From Candidatus Aenigmatarchaeota archaeon (GTDB taxonomy: Archaea > Aenigmatarchaeota > Aenigmatarchaeia > CG10238-14 > SCSR01): DNA of 64,000 bases. Both the position numbers and the translations under genes were made by a program. The stretch is from positions 13,263 to 77,262 of the forward strand of contig JAWCME010000002.1 of assembly GCA_039091335.1 (NCBI GenBank). The letters are read 5' to 3'. The notes under the pieces are model-generated. The model did no database searches. It was not told the DNA's origin and saw nothing but the letters and a program-made list of their open reading frames with translations. Below, one piece after another: positions 31,205 to 41,878 of the stretch (positions are counted from its first letter, which is position 1; every line of letters begins with the position of its first letter).

Positions 31205-32329
31205 ATGGCAGAAAAAATTACATTGAGCTTGATTAAGGCAGATATAGGAAGTGTTTGTGGCCATCATGTCGTGCACCCAAAACAAATTGAACTTGCAAAA
31301 AAGTTGCTCGAGTCTTCTAAGAAAAAAGGCAAGATAATAGATTATTATGTTTTTAATTGTGGCGATGATTTAGAGCTACTATTTACTCATAGGGAAGGAG
31401 AAAACAACCCAAAAATTCACGAAATGGCATGGAATGTATTTAAGGAAGTTACCGAAAAGGTTTCAAAAAAACTAAAGCTTTATGCTGCAGGTCAAGACCT
31501 TCTAGTAGAAACATTTTCTGGGAACGTAAAAGGAATGGGTCCTGGTGTTGCTGAAATGGAAATAGAAGAGAGGCCATCAGAATCTATTGTTGTTTTTGCT
31601 GCTGATAAAACAGAGCCAGGAGCATGGAATTTACCCTTGTATAAAATTTTTGCTGACCCGTCTAATACAGCAGGTCTAATACTTTCTGAAGACATGTCTT
31701 ACGGATTTACTTTTAGAGTTCTTGATGTGATCGAAGGTAAGTACATAGACTTAAACTGCCCAGAGGACATCTATAACCTCATTTCCTTAATAGGAACGAC
31801 AGGAAGGTTTGTTGTTGAAAGGGTATTTAGAAGAAAGGATAAAATGCTTGCTGCTGTTGCAAGCACCACAAGACTAAGAATAATCGCTCATCGATATACC
31901 GGAAAGGACGACCCAGTTTTGATGATAAGGTTACAACACCAATTCCCTGCTCTTGGGGAAGTTCTTTCAGCATTTGTACCTGCTTATTTAGTTAGTGGAG
32001 CAATGCGTGGTTCTCATCGCCTACCACTACTTCCAGTCAGCCTTAAAGATGCAAAATGTTCTTACTGGGACGGTCCACCAAGATGTGTAGCACTTGGTTT
32101 TAACTTGTGCGAAGGAAAAATTGTTGGAAAAGGAGATGAACCAGCAGACCTTTTTGACGATCCTGCCTTTGATTATGCAAGACTGAAGGCAATGGAAATT
32201 TCTCAGTATATAAGGCAGCATGGCGAATTTGAACCAGCAAGACTTCCAGAAGAAGACTTGGAATATCTTGGTATATCCAAAATAAGAGAAAAATTGAAGG
32301 AAAGATGGGTGAAATTGAAGGAGCAGTGA
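31205..32329 (+). CDS. fbp: Fructose-1,6-bisphosphate aldolase/phosphatase
   Basis: IKADIG, GDD, QDLL, DKTEPG, YxGKDDP, MRGSH. Confidence 0.93.
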   Translation: MAEKITLSLIKADIGSVCGHHVVHPKQIELAKKLLESSKKKGKIIDYYVFNCGDDLELLFTHREGENNPKIHEMAWNVFKEVTEKVSKKLKLYAAGQDLLVETFSGNVKGMGPGVAEMEIEERPSESIVVFAADKTEPGAWNLPLYKIFADPSNTAGLILSEDMSYGFTFRVLDVIEGKYIDLNCPEDIYNLISLIGTTGRFVVERVFRRKDKMLAAVASTTRLRIIAHRYTGKDDPVLMIRLQHQFPALGEVLSAFVPAYLVSGAMRGSHRLPLLPVSLKDAKCSYWDGPPRCVALGFNLCEGKIVGKGDEPADLFDDPAFDYARLKAMEISQYIRQHGEFEPARLPEEDLEYLGISKIREKLKERWVKLKEQ

Positions 32330-32349
32330 ATTAAAAAAGTAAATATAAT

Positions 32350-33591
32350 TTATTCCATACGTTCTGCAAATAGTCTTGATTTAAAATCAGAAATAATTGC
32401 CATGAAATTTGCAAATCCGTCTTGGGGAGACGGAAAGCATGAAAAGTATCTATGTACATCACCATCTCCCCACCACTTTGTACATATATAATAAAGATGA
32501 TCGCTCGTTTGGAGTAGGCGCCAAATTCTTTTAAATTCTTGATTTTTAGATTTTTTTATAATTCCCTCAAGATTTTTTATCTCCTCAAAACAAATTTGTT
32601 GCATCCTATTCCCAAGCCAAGCTGAAACATCCCTTTCCATATCAGCCCATGAAGATGTACAAAATTCAAAAACATCTATCTCACCAACAGGATAATTCTT
32701 TTTTATGGTTTCAGATGGCGTTGAAAATTGTAATTGTTCGTACTTTAATATTTCATAAGGCAATGCTTTCAAAAACCAAAATATACCAGACTCTGGCCAA
32801 TGGTGCTCTCCAAATGTTTCATAATCCATGAAAAGGTTTATGCATTGTCCTGGGGTTGCATTTATCCATGCAGCAAACTTGTCTGCTGTCAACGGCCACT
32901 GATCCCAATCTTTAGCTGAAAATCTGTAGCCAATGTCGTCGCTTAGCCTATAATTCCTTAATAAAACCCTAATCCTTTTATCTTGTCCTGGGTCATTCGG
33001 AAAACAAAACTTCCTTATATAAACATAATTTGGACTTCTCCATCCCAAAATTCTTTCAGCGCCCTCAGTAAAAATTCCTTTAAACCCGAGATCTTCTACA
33101 ATCTTTGCTATTATATTGTTGTAAATCATTTCTGTATTAACAAAAACTTTTGGCTCTACACCAAAAAATTCCTTCATGGCTTGAGTATGCATCTTAACCT
33201 GTTCTACAAACTCTTCTTTTGATTCAAAAAGACTTGATAGGGAATGATAATATGTTTCTCCCAAAAATTCAACGCAACCGGTTCTACCCAATTCCTTAAA
33301 GCTTTCAATCACATCTTCATTAAACATCTTACACAGTTCTAAAAAAACCCCAGTTATTGAAAAACTGACTTTGAATTTTTTCTTTTCTCCTTTAAGGTTG
33401 TCTATTGCTTCAAGAAGAATCGAGTTGGCGTTTAGATAGCACCTGTTTGCAATTCTGTCAAAAACAAACTTATTCAAACCATGGTTGAAATAATTGTAAA
33501 AAATGTTTTCGTTTTTTATGTTTCCGTTTGGCTGAAAATTTGCTATTCTAAATGGCTGATGAACCTTGAAGCAAAGATTTATATCTACCAT
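32350..33591 (-). CDS. GH57 alpha-amylase family protein
   Basis: VHQP, ETYYHSL, NTEMIY, MDYETFGEH, LQTSDH. Confidence 0.9.
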   Translation of the reverse strand: MVDINLCFKVHQPFRIANFQPNGNIKNENIFYNYFNHGLNKFVFDRIANRCYLNANSILLEAIDNLKGEKKKFKVSFSITGVFLELCKMFNEDVIESFKELGRTGCVEFLGETYYHSLSSLFESKEEFVEQVKMHTQAMKEFFGVEPKVFVNTEMIYNNIIAKIVEDLGFKGIFTEGAERILGWRSPNYVYIRKFCFPNDPGQDKRIRVLLRNYRLSDDIGYRFSAKDWDQWPLTADKFAAWINATPGQCINLFMDYETFGEHHWPESGIFWFLKALPYEILKYEQLQFSTPSETIKKNYPVGEIDVFEFCTSSWADMERDVSAWLGNRMQQICFEEIKNLEGIIKKSKNQEFKRIWRLLQTSDHLYYICTKWWGDGDVHRYFSCFPSPQDGFANFMAIISDFKSRLFAERME

Positions 33592-33627
33592 CTATTCTTA
33601 TTTAATTTCACCTTAAATAAATTAATT

Positions 33628-35613
33628 ATGGACATACTTGGAGAGGGATTAGATAGTCGTTCTTATATACTTTCAGGAACAAAATCTTTTTTTCACAGAT
33701 TTTGCAACACAGGATTTAAAAATAAATGGTGTGGTCTTTGGTCTCCGCCCTATAAGTTCTTGGAATATTTTGCTTTTAAGTTAAATGAACAGTGGTTAAG
33801 CCCAGAAAACTGTGTGAGTTTTAGCTATGACGAGGCTTCTTCTTCACATTACTTCAATTTGGGGGATATTATAGCAAAAGAATTTTTATTTGTACCAAAT
33901 AACAAGGGAATGGTTTGTATATTAACGATACAAAACAAATCAGAAGAAAAGAAAAATATAAAGTTGTTTTTAGAAGTTGCAGTTAATATTAGACGGGCGA
34001 ATGAAAACTGGCATGAAAGAGTGTATAGTACAAAAGTGATAGAAAAAGGAGTTATGGTGAACTCAGAACTTGGCTCTTTTTTCTTTGGTAGCATACCCAT
34101 AGGAAGAATTGAGTTAATAAATTATTATAAAGAGCACTATCCTTCAGGAGAAAGACAAAGATGTTTTATACCATGCAATTATTATATAGATCTGGTTGTT
34201 GATAAAAAATCTAACGAAGATGTGTTTTTCTTTTTTTCTTGTGGAAAAAATGAGGAGGAAGCCCTGAATGAGTATAGTAATACAACAAACTTTTTTGCTT
34301 CAGAGTATGTGAAAAAAGAGAAAAAATATTTAGAAATATTTTCAAAGTCAAGGCTTGAAACAGGAATAAATTTTGTGGACCAACTATTCAAATGGAGCAT
34401 AGTAAGTATAGAAAAGCTTGGTTTTGAGTCCGATTTTGGTTTTGGGTATTTTGCTGGCTATCCTTGGTTTACACAGTTTTGGGGAAGAGACCTTGGATGG
34501 ATGATTCCTGCTATTGTTGATTATGGAAATTTTGAAGGAGCAAAGGAAAGTTTAGATACGCTCTCGAAATTCCAACGAAAAGGGTGCATACCAAACATAA
34601 TTTATATGGATGGAAGAGTAGAATATAACTCAGTAGACTCAACTTTACTTTGGATAATTGCTCTCCGACATTACATAAAAAATTCTGGAGATTTAGCGTT
34701 TTTGAATGAAAAAATGAAAAATTTGGTAGATGCTTTAAAGTGGTGTGAAAATAGGGAGGAAAACGGTTTTATAAAATCGTATCCAAACGAAACTTGGATG
34801 GACAGCATTAATAGAGAAGGGAAGCCAATAGAAGTTCAGGCTTTTTGGATATATGCACTTAAATGTGCTGGTGAGTTGTTTGGTTTAGTTGGCAATTCAG
34901 AGTTAAGAAAAAAACTGAAGGAAAAATCTAGAAAGTTAAATTATTTTTTTGAAGAAAATTTTTGGAAGGAGGAAAAGGGATACTATCTTGATAATTTGAA
35001 TAACAGCATGGAAACGATAAACCCAATTTTTAGTGTATTTTTTGAAGTATCAAAAAGAGAGAAGAAGATTTTGAAAAAAATTGAAGAAGACTTTTTCTCC
35101 GATTTTGGGATAGCTTGTGTATCAAGAAAAGATAAAATATACGATCCGAGGGGGTATCATACCGGAAGCGCATGGGGGTGGATTACTGCATTAACAGCGT
35201 GCGTTGAATTTAAAAACGATATAGATAAGGCAATGAAAATTTTAAACATTCTTTTTAACAACTTGAATAAAGGATGTGTTGGGGCAATAGGAGAAGCATG
35301 GAATTCTGAAGATGGAAGCAGTTTGTTGAAAAAAAATGGTTTTGAGGAAGAGGGGGCATGCTTACAAGGATGGAGTTCGGCCTTAGTTATAAGGTGCATA
35401 GACGAATACATGCTTGGAATTAAACCAGATGCAATAACAAATACAATAATTATTTCTCCTTCAATAAAAGATGGGATGAGCGTTTTTAGGAGGAAGAGAA
35501 TAGGAGAAGATTATGTTGATATAATAATTAAAAGGGAAAAAAATATGTTGGATGTAAGTTATAGAAGTACGTTAGGTAAGGCATACAGGATAATAAAGGT
35601 TCCTAATTTATGA
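33628..35613 (+). CDS. Amylo-alpha-1,6-glucosidase (glycogen debranching enzyme)
   Basis: AGYPWF..WGRD, NSVDSTL, TWMD, YHTGSAWGW, QGWS. Confidence 0.85.
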   Translation: MDILGEGLDSRSYILSGTKSFFHRFCNTGFKNKWCGLWSPPYKFLEYFAFKLNEQWLSPENCVSFSYDEASSSHYFNLGDIIAKEFLFVPNNKGMVCILTIQNKSEEKKNIKLFLEVAVNIRRANENWHERVYSTKVIEKGVMVNSELGSFFFGSIPIGRIELINYYKEHYPSGERQRCFIPCNYYIDLVVDKKSNEDVFFFFSCGKNEEEALNEYSNTTNFFASEYVKKEKKYLEIFSKSRLETGINFVDQLFKWSIVSIEKLGFESDFGFGYFAGYPWFTQFWGRDLGWMIPAIVDYGNFEGAKESLDTLSKFQRKGCIPNIIYMDGRVEYNSVDSTLLWIIALRHYIKNSGDLAFLNEKMKNLVDALKWCENREENGFIKSYPNETWMDSINREGKPIEVQAFWIYALKCAGELFGLVGNSELRKKLKEKSRKLNYFFEENFWKEEKGYYLDNLNNSMETINPIFSVFFEVSKREKKILKKIEEDFFSDFGIACVSRKDKIYDPRGYHTGSAWGWITALTACVEFKNDIDKAMKILNILFNNLNKGCVGAIGEAWNSEDGSSLLKKNGFEEEGACLQGWSSALVIRCIDEYMLGIKPDAITNTIIISPSIKDGMSVFRRKRIGEDYVDIIIKREKNMLDVSYRSTLGKAYRIIKVPNL

Positions 35614-35820
35614 TTATTCTAAAAGCTTATACAAAACTCCCTTTTTATCGTTTATTATTTCTATCTTGCCTTCTCTTCCTAGCCAGCCAAGCGCACCAAA
35701 AACATCATTAATTTTTAGTTGTGTTTCCTTGGCTATAGCTGAAACAGTTAATGGTCCCTTTTCTTTCAAAACACCCCAAACCTTACCAGCATTTAATCCA
35801 AATACTTCTTCTGGTTTCAT
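35614..35820 (-). CDS. Small winged-helix protein (DUF2582-like)
   Basis: GLNAGKVW...ALGWLGREGKI. Confidence 0.8.
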   Translation of the reverse strand: MKPEEVFGLNAGKVWGVLKEKGPLTVSAIAKETQLKINDVFGALGWLGREGKIEIINDKKGVLYKLLE

Positions 35821-35830
35821 TAATTAGTTT

Positions 35831-36544
35831 TTATAATCCTTTAAAATAAATTTTTCTATGTTTATCTGGGTTTTCAAGGATGTGTATAAGCTCACTCTTG
35901 CTTTTCTTAAAAATTTTTATTGGATTTTCTGATTCCATTCCATCTAAAAATTTAAATTCTCCACCACTATATTTTTTGTTTTTAACAAAACTTATTTTGT
36001 CTTTTTCTAAATTGTAAATAACATGAAAAGGAAATCCCCTGTTTTTTACCTTGTTATAGTCATGTCCAGCGTCTTTTGGAACAAAGTTAAATACAAGACA
36101 ATCCCTTTTATATGATATTATTCTGTGTAAAAAGTTTGGATGGATGAATATTGAATTACCTTCTTTCATATGTATGAAAAAGGTTTTGTAGTTGGTTATG
36201 TCGGATAGTTGGAAAAAGCAGTCGTTCTTAATTACATGGTAGGCTTCTCCTTTGTATTTTTCATGGACATGTCCATACGTTAAAAATGGTTCCCCAATTT
36301 TTGATGTTGACATTATTCCATGACGAAGAAGTGTAAAGTCGCACGAAAGATTTTTTATTTCAAAATGAAATACTTGATAGACTTCTACATCTCCTTTGTT
36401 TTTTAGAAAATTTATTCCATTAGTAATGTCTAGTATGACCCTGTCTTTGACTAGGGCAGATGCAAACCTTTTCCAGCATTCTGGTTTTTTTCTGAATGAA
36501 ACTTCAATCCTGTCATTTAATTCATTCACTTTTAAACCAAACAT
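35831..36544 (-). CDS. Cupin-type glucose-6-phosphate isomerase family protein
   Basis: TYGHVH...EAY, LHR, AGHDY. Confidence 0.75.
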   Translation of the reverse strand: MFGLKVNELNDRIEVSFRKKPECWKRFASALVKDRVILDITNGINFLKNKGDVEVYQVFHFEIKNLSCDFTLLRHGIMSTSKIGEPFLTYGHVHEKYKGEAYHVIKNDCFFQLSDITNYKTFFIHMKEGNSIFIHPNFLHRIISYKRDCLVFNFVPKDAGHDYNKVKNRGFPFHVIYNLEKDKISFVKNKKYSGGEFKFLDGMESENPIKIFKKSKSELIHILENPDKHRKIYFKGL

Positions 36545-36594
36545 ATTTACTAATAGATTTTTAGTTTATTAAAACCTCTAAGAAAATTAAATTT

Positions 36595-37851
36595 ATGAGA
36601 GTTTTTTACGTCCCTTGGCTTCATTTCCATCAACCACTTGTATGGGACAACAGCAAGCTTATAAGCAATGTTCAAAAAATGATTTTTTCTAAGGATTCAA
36701 GAGAAAGATGGGACGGCAAATTAATTTCAAGGGCTTATAAAAATCCTGCAAAATACATTAAACAACTTAGGGAGGAAGGTCATGATGCAAAGATAATGCT
36801 GGATTTTTCCGGCATTTTATTAGAAAGCTTGCATGAACTATCTAAACAAGGGTTTTTTGATAAACTTGAAGTAAACGGAGAAAAAATTGGGGATATAATA
36901 AAAATCTATAAAGAGGTTTTGAAAAAATTTCCAGATTCAATAGAGATTGCAGGAACCCCATATTCTCATTGCTACTTTCCTTCTACACCAGAAGATGATT
37001 GGCGTTTACAAATTGAAGAATGGAAAAAAGTTTTTAAAAAAATTTTTGGAATAAAAGCATTGAAAAGAGTAAGGGGATTTTGGCTTCCAGAAATGGGTGT
37101 TCCTGGATTTGAGGATAAACTTTTAAAGTTGATAAGTTTGATAAAGGAAACTGGGTTCGAGTGGATAATTTTGCCTTTACAATGCTTGGAAGGATACGAG
37201 AAGCTTTCTTTTGAAGGAAAAATCAAAATTGCATGCCAGCCCCATTTACTCAGAGTTAAGGATGAAACCATAACAACAATATTTAGAATCCCAACATATT
37301 TTATAGACCAACAGGCCGGATGTGCTGTAGAGGAGCTCTATAAAAGATTAATTTTTTTAGGGAATGTTTTTGAGAAAATAAGCAAAAAACCTGCATTAGT
37401 TGTTCCTGCTAGCGACGGAGAAAATGGAAATGTGATGATGAACGAATTTTTCCCAAAAACCTTTTTACCATTTTTTAAGGAAAAAAAAGATGAAAAAATT
37501 TGTTCTCTTTTAGTTTCCGATTTTCTTGATAATTTTTATGAATTGCCACCAAAAAGTGAAATAAAAATTAAGACCTTTGGGTCATCTTGGGTTGGTACAC
37601 ACAAGTTCTGGACGGAAGGAATAGAACGTTCAAAATTAATTGAAAGAAATTATAAACTGAGCAAAAATTTTCATCTCGTCGAAGAAAAATTGAAAATAAA
37701 AGGGAAAAAAGAGTTTGAAAATTTGAAGAAACTACTTCTTATATCAGAAACAAGCTGCTACTTGTACTGGGGCACAAGTTTTTGGCTTGAGCAGGGGATG
37801 AAAACAATGGAATTTCTTGAAAATAAAATTTCAGAGGTGAAAAAACGGTGA
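36595..37851 (+). CDS. GH57 family glycoside hydrolase
   Basis: HFHQP, GFWLPEMG, SDGENG, ETSCYLYWG. Confidence 0.85.
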   Translation: MRVFYVPWLHFHQPLVWDNSKLISNVQKMIFSKDSRERWDGKLISRAYKNPAKYIKQLREEGHDAKIMLDFSGILLESLHELSKQGFFDKLEVNGEKIGDIIKIYKEVLKKFPDSIEIAGTPYSHCYFPSTPEDDWRLQIEEWKKVFKKIFGIKALKRVRGFWLPEMGVPGFEDKLLKLISLIKETGFEWIILPLQCLEGYEKLSFEGKIKIACQPHLLRVKDETITTIFRIPTYFIDQQAGCAVEELYKRLIFLGNVFEKISKKPALVVPASDGENGNVMMNEFFPKTFLPFFKEKKDEKICSLLVSDFLDNFYELPPKSEIKIKTFGSSWVGTHKFWTEGIERSKLIERNYKLSKNFHLVEEKLKIKGKKEFENLKKLLLISETSCYLYWGTSFWLEQGMKTMEFLENKISEVKKR

Positions 37852-39338
37852 ACTTAACTTTTTTTGGAGGGGTTAATGAAATAGGAGGAAATAAAATTTT
37901 AATCGAAGAAAAAGACACTAGAATACTTTTAGACTTTGGAATGAGTTTTAATCTATATAAAAAATACTATGCTGAATTTTTGCAACCAAGAAAATGTAAT
38001 GCACTCTTTGATTACATCGAGTTTGGCTTATTGCCAAAAATAGAAGGAATATATCGTGAAGACTACCTTTTATATTGTGGTTTGAAGTATCCAAATAAAC
38101 CCCTTGTAGATGCTTTGTTTCTTTCTCATGCACATTTAGACCATTCTGCTTTTCTTCATTTTTTGAGATTAGACATACCCATTTACTGTACAGAAGAAAC
38201 TTATCTTATTCTTAAAGCTCTAGAAGAAACCTCAGCAAGACCTTTTATGGATTTGGTCAATTTGAAGAAAGATTTTTATTTTATCAAAACTCAAAAAGGA
38301 AACTATAAAAGATTGGAAGGAGATGATGCAAAAATAGAAAGAGATTTTGTGATAATGAAACCATTTAAAAAATATTATGTTGGTGGGATAGAAGTTGAGG
38401 CTGTACCCGTTGACCATTCCTTGCCCGGTGCAGTGGGGTTTATGGTTTATACTAATTCTGGAAATGTTGCGTATACTGGAGATTTAAGATTTCATGGTAG
38501 AAGAAAAGAATTGAGCAGGGAGTTTGTAAAAGTTGCTAAAAAGGCCGACTTAGAACTAATGTTGTGCGAAGGTACAAGGGTGGATGAGAAAGAGAATGTT
38601 ACAGAAGAGGATGTAGAAGAAAAATCAAAAAACATCATTTTAGAAACTCATGGCCATGTTGTGGTTAATTATCCAATAAGAGATTTAGACAGATTACTAA
38701 CTTTCTTTGAAGTTGCCAAAGATGTTGATAGAAAACTAGTGGTTAATTTAAAGCAGGCTTTTTTGCTAAAAATTTTTGAAAAATTCGGAATTTATCCAAA
38801 ATTAAAAGAAGTGGTTGTTTATATTCCAAGAAAAGGTTGGGGGTTGCAAAGTGATGAATTTTTTGTTTATCTTGAAGAGGGGGGTTGGGTGAATGCAAGC
38901 AAAACAGGTAAGGATGAAATAATGAAAGATTATGATAAATGGGAGAGAGAATTCTTAGAATTAGAAAATAGAATAACTTATAAGGAAATAAGAGACAACC
39001 CAAAAGATTACATTTTTAGATGTGATAATTTTGAATTAAAAGAACTAATAGACATAAAACCGAAAAACGGAGTTTACATAAGGTCTTTAACAGAACCTTT
39101 TGATGAAGATATGATAATTGAAGAAAAAAGAGTAAAAAACTGGTTAGAACATTTTAATTTATTGCCAATGCATCACATCCATTCTTCTGGGCATCTTAAT
39201 GGAAAAGAAATAAGTGAAATAATCAATGAAATTATGCCAAGGAAATTAATACCCATTCATACAAAGAATCCTGGTGGGTTCGAAAGAATTGTAGATAGGG
39301 ACATTAAGATTGAGTATGCCAAATTAAAATACGAATAA
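37848..39338 (+). CDS. MBL-fold/beta-CASP hydrolase (RNase J-like)
   Basis: GGVNEIGGN, SHAHLDH, DHS, YTGD, SSGH, PIH. Confidence 0.85.
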   Translation: MNLTFFGGVNEIGGNKILIEEKDTRILLDFGMSFNLYKKYYAEFLQPRKCNALFDYIEFGLLPKIEGIYREDYLLYCGLKYPNKPLVDALFLSHAHLDHSAFLHFLRLDIPIYCTEETYLILKALEETSARPFMDLVNLKKDFYFIKTQKGNYKRLEGDDAKIERDFVIMKPFKKYYVGGIEVEAVPVDHSLPGAVGFMVYTNSGNVAYTGDLRFHGRRKELSREFVKVAKKADLELMLCEGTRVDEKENVTEEDVEEKSKNIILETHGHVVVNYPIRDLDRLLTFFEVAKDVDRKLVVNLKQAFLLKIFEKFGIYPKLKEVVVYIPRKGWGLQSDEFFVYLEEGGWVNASKTGKDEIMKDYDKWEREFLELENRITYKEIRDNPKDYIFRCDNFELKELIDIKPKNGVYIRSLTEPFDEDMIIEEKRVKNWLEHFNLLPMHHIHSSGHLNGKEISEIINEIMPRKLIPIHTKNPGGFERIVDRDIKIEYAKLKYE

Positions 39339-39536
39339 TACAGTTTCGTCTTTTTATCAAGACCTTACTTATTTTGCTTTTGGGCATTAAAAATCTTAAC
39401 ACAAACTATTTTTTATTGTTTATCATTAATTTTTATATTATTTTTATCTACTAATGTTAAATATTAAAAATCAAATTTTTTCTAGAGAAAGTAATAATTT
39501 TATAAAGAAATTGAGTTAAATTTAAATATTGATATA

Positions 39537-40706
39537 ATGAGGATAGCTATATTTTCCTGGGAGTCTTTACACTCGATTTCTGTTGGTGGGTTGGCACTTC
39601 ATGTTACAGAGCTTGCAGCTGCATTGGAGAGAAAGGGGAACGAAGTTCATGTTTTTACTAGAATAGCACCTAATCAAAAGCTCTACGAAGTTATAGATGA
39701 TGTACATTATCATAGATGTCCTTTCGGTTTTAACTCAGACTTGATACAAGAGATGAATAACATGAGTAGATCAATGGCACATTTCTTTTTTGAAACAGAA
39801 AATGTGGCAGGAAATTTTGACATAATTCATGGCCATGATTGGCATGTAGTAAACGCGTTGGACGAAATTAAAAAAACTAGGAACAAAAAAATAATTTTTA
39901 CTCTCCATTCAAACCAATTTGGAAGAGATGGAAATCACTTTCACGACGGGACTGCAAGAACAATAACAAACATAGAGTGGTACGGAACATATATTGCTGA
40001 TAGAATAATAGTTTGTTCTTATGCGATGAAAGAAGAGACAAAGTGGTTACACCGTGTCCCAGAAGAAAAAATAAGGGTAATTCCAAACGGAATTTGGGTA
40101 AGGGATTTTGATGGTTTTATAGACCCATGGAAGGATGCAAAAGCAAAGTATGGAATTGGTCCCCTAGACCCCCTAGTTCTTTTTGTCGGAAGGATGACTT
40201 ACCAGAAGGGTGTAGATTTTCTTTTAGAAGCTATACCAGATGTTTTAAAAGACTATCCACAGGCAAAATTTGTTTTTGTTGGAGATGGTTATATGAAAAA
40301 CCAGCTTGAAAATAGGGCAAAAGAATTAAGGATAAGTCATGCAGTAAGGTTTACTGGTTATATTTCAAACGAGGAAAAAACAAATCTGATGAAAGCAAGC
40401 GAATGTATTGTAGTTCCAAGTAGGAATGAACCGTTTGGAATTGTTGTATTAGAGGCATGGGCATGTGGCAAGCCGGTAATCTCTACTCATGGCACAGGAG
40501 CAGGAGAAATTATTTGGCACGAAGTTACAGGACTAAAAGTCTACCAAAACCCTAACTCTATAGCATGGGGGATAAAATATATTCTATCAAATCCAGAAAA
40601 AGCAAGGTGGATGGGTAGTAATGGTAGATTTGCTGCCGAAAATGTTTTTAATTGGGATAAAGTTGCTGAACAAACCATAGAAGTTTATAAGGAGGTATTG
40701 AGATGA
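39537..40706 (+). CDS. GT4 glycosyltransferase (glycogen-related)
   Basis: SWES..VGGL, HGHDW, QKG, EPFGIVVLEAW. Confidence 0.88.
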   Translation: MRIAIFSWESLHSISVGGLALHVTELAAALERKGNEVHVFTRIAPNQKLYEVIDDVHYHRCPFGFNSDLIQEMNNMSRSMAHFFFETENVAGNFDIIHGHDWHVVNALDEIKKTRNKKIIFTLHSNQFGRDGNHFHDGTARTITNIEWYGTYIADRIIVCSYAMKEETKWLHRVPEEKIRVIPNGIWVRDFDGFIDPWKDAKAKYGIGPLDPLVLFVGRMTYQKGVDFLLEAIPDVLKDYPQAKFVFVGDGYMKNQLENRAKELRISHAVRFTGYISNEEKTNLMKASECIVVPSRNEPFGIVVLEAWACGKPVISTHGTGAGEIIWHEVTGLKVYQNPNSIAWGIKYILSNPEKARWMGSNGRFAAENVFNWDKVAEQTIEVYKEVLR

Positions 40707-40924
40707 AGTGTTGGTTTTGCGAAAAAGAGGCAAGAGGGATATGTATAGCATGCGGAAGAGCGGTTTGTCACGAGCATGGATATAAGCTGGATGAATTCAC
40801 ACATGCAAAATCGGACACAAGCACAGGGTTTGCAAGCTATTTTAAGGCATTTAATGTGTTGAAATGTAAAGATTGCAAGATAGAATGGGAAAGTTGGGAA
40901 CAAGGAAAGAAGATTTTAAAATGA
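40703..40924 (+). CDS. Small zinc-finger protein
   Basis: CWFC, CIAC, CHEH, CKDC. Confidence 0.7.
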   Translation: MKCWFCEKEARGICIACGRAVCHEHGYKLDEFTHAKSDTSTGFASYFKAFNVLKCKDCKIEWESWEQGKKILK

Positions 40925-40951
40925 GCGTCTAGATAAAAAATAAACTTAAAG

Positions 40952-41878
40952 TTAATTTATAAATTTTTTATAGTATTCTATTGTTTTTTCAATACCCTCT
41001 TCCAATTTAACCTTGGCTTCAAAGTTAAGAACCTCTTTTGCTTTTTTAGTATCAGCTAAAGTGTGATAAACATAATTTTTAATCGGGTTTTTGATATAAC
41101 TTGGGGTAATGTTTTTTCCCAATTTTTTATTTAAAATTTCTACAATAGAATTAAAACTCAAATTCTTTCCAGAACCAACATTTATTATTTCAAAATTTAT
41201 ATCCTTCTCCATTGCAAGCATATTGGCTTTTACCACGTCCTCAATAAATATAAAATCTCTTGATTGCGTACCATCGCCATAAATTGTCGGTCTTTTGTTT
41301 TTTAACATGCGCCATAGGAATTGAGATATTATGTTTGCAAATCTTCCTTTAAACTCTTCTCCTGGACCATAAACACTAAATAACCTTAATATTATACACT
41401 CCATTCCATAAAACTTGTTATATAACTCAGCAAACCTTTCTATTGCTATTCTCGTTTCTGTATAAAAATCTGTTACAATAGGACTCATATCCTCTTTCCA
41501 TGGAGTTGGTAGTCCATTATATACGCTAGAAGAAGAGCTTAGTATAACTTTGCTCCCATTCTTTCTTGCGAGCTCAAATAGCGAAATAGAATCTTTTATT
41601 GAATTTTGAATTAAATTTTTGTTCTTTACATACATCTGAGATGAAGATGGAATTCCGTAATGGAACATTACATCAAAACTTGGTAATTTAAAATTTGAAA
41701 TTTTCCCAATACTTCCTTTTAAAAAATTAATTTCCATTCCTTCCAAATTTTTTGTTGAGCCCGTATGAAGGTTGTCTATCACAAAAACTTCATGTCCCAT
41801 ATTAAATAGTTTTCTGACGATGTGTGAGCCTATAAAACCTGCACCACCAGTAACTAAAACCCGCATTATTTTTACCAT
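40952..41878 (-). CDS. NAD-dependent nucleotide-sugar epimerase/dehydratase
   Basis: TGGAGFIG, SSSSVY, YGDGTQSRDF. Confidence 0.9.
   Translation of the reverse strand: MVKIMRVLVTGGAGFIGSHIVRKLFNMGHEVFVIDNLHTGSTKNLEGMEINFLKGSIGKISNFKLPSFDVMFHYGIPSSSQMYVKNKNLIQNSIKDSISLFELARKNGSKVILSSSSSVYNGLPTPWKEDMSPIVTDFYTETRIAIERFAELYNKFYGMECIILRLFSVYGPGEEFKGRFANIISQFLWRMLKNKRPTIYGDGTQSRDFIFIEDVVKANMLAMEKDINFEIINVGSGKNLSFNSIVEILNKKLGKNITPSYIKNPIKNYVYHTLADTKKAKEVLNFEAKVKLEEGIEKTIEYYKKFIN

Noticed and set aside
33481..33627. N-terminal extension of the debranching enzyme ORF
   Set aside because: It overlaps the divergent GH57 gene; ATG 33628 is the more likely start.
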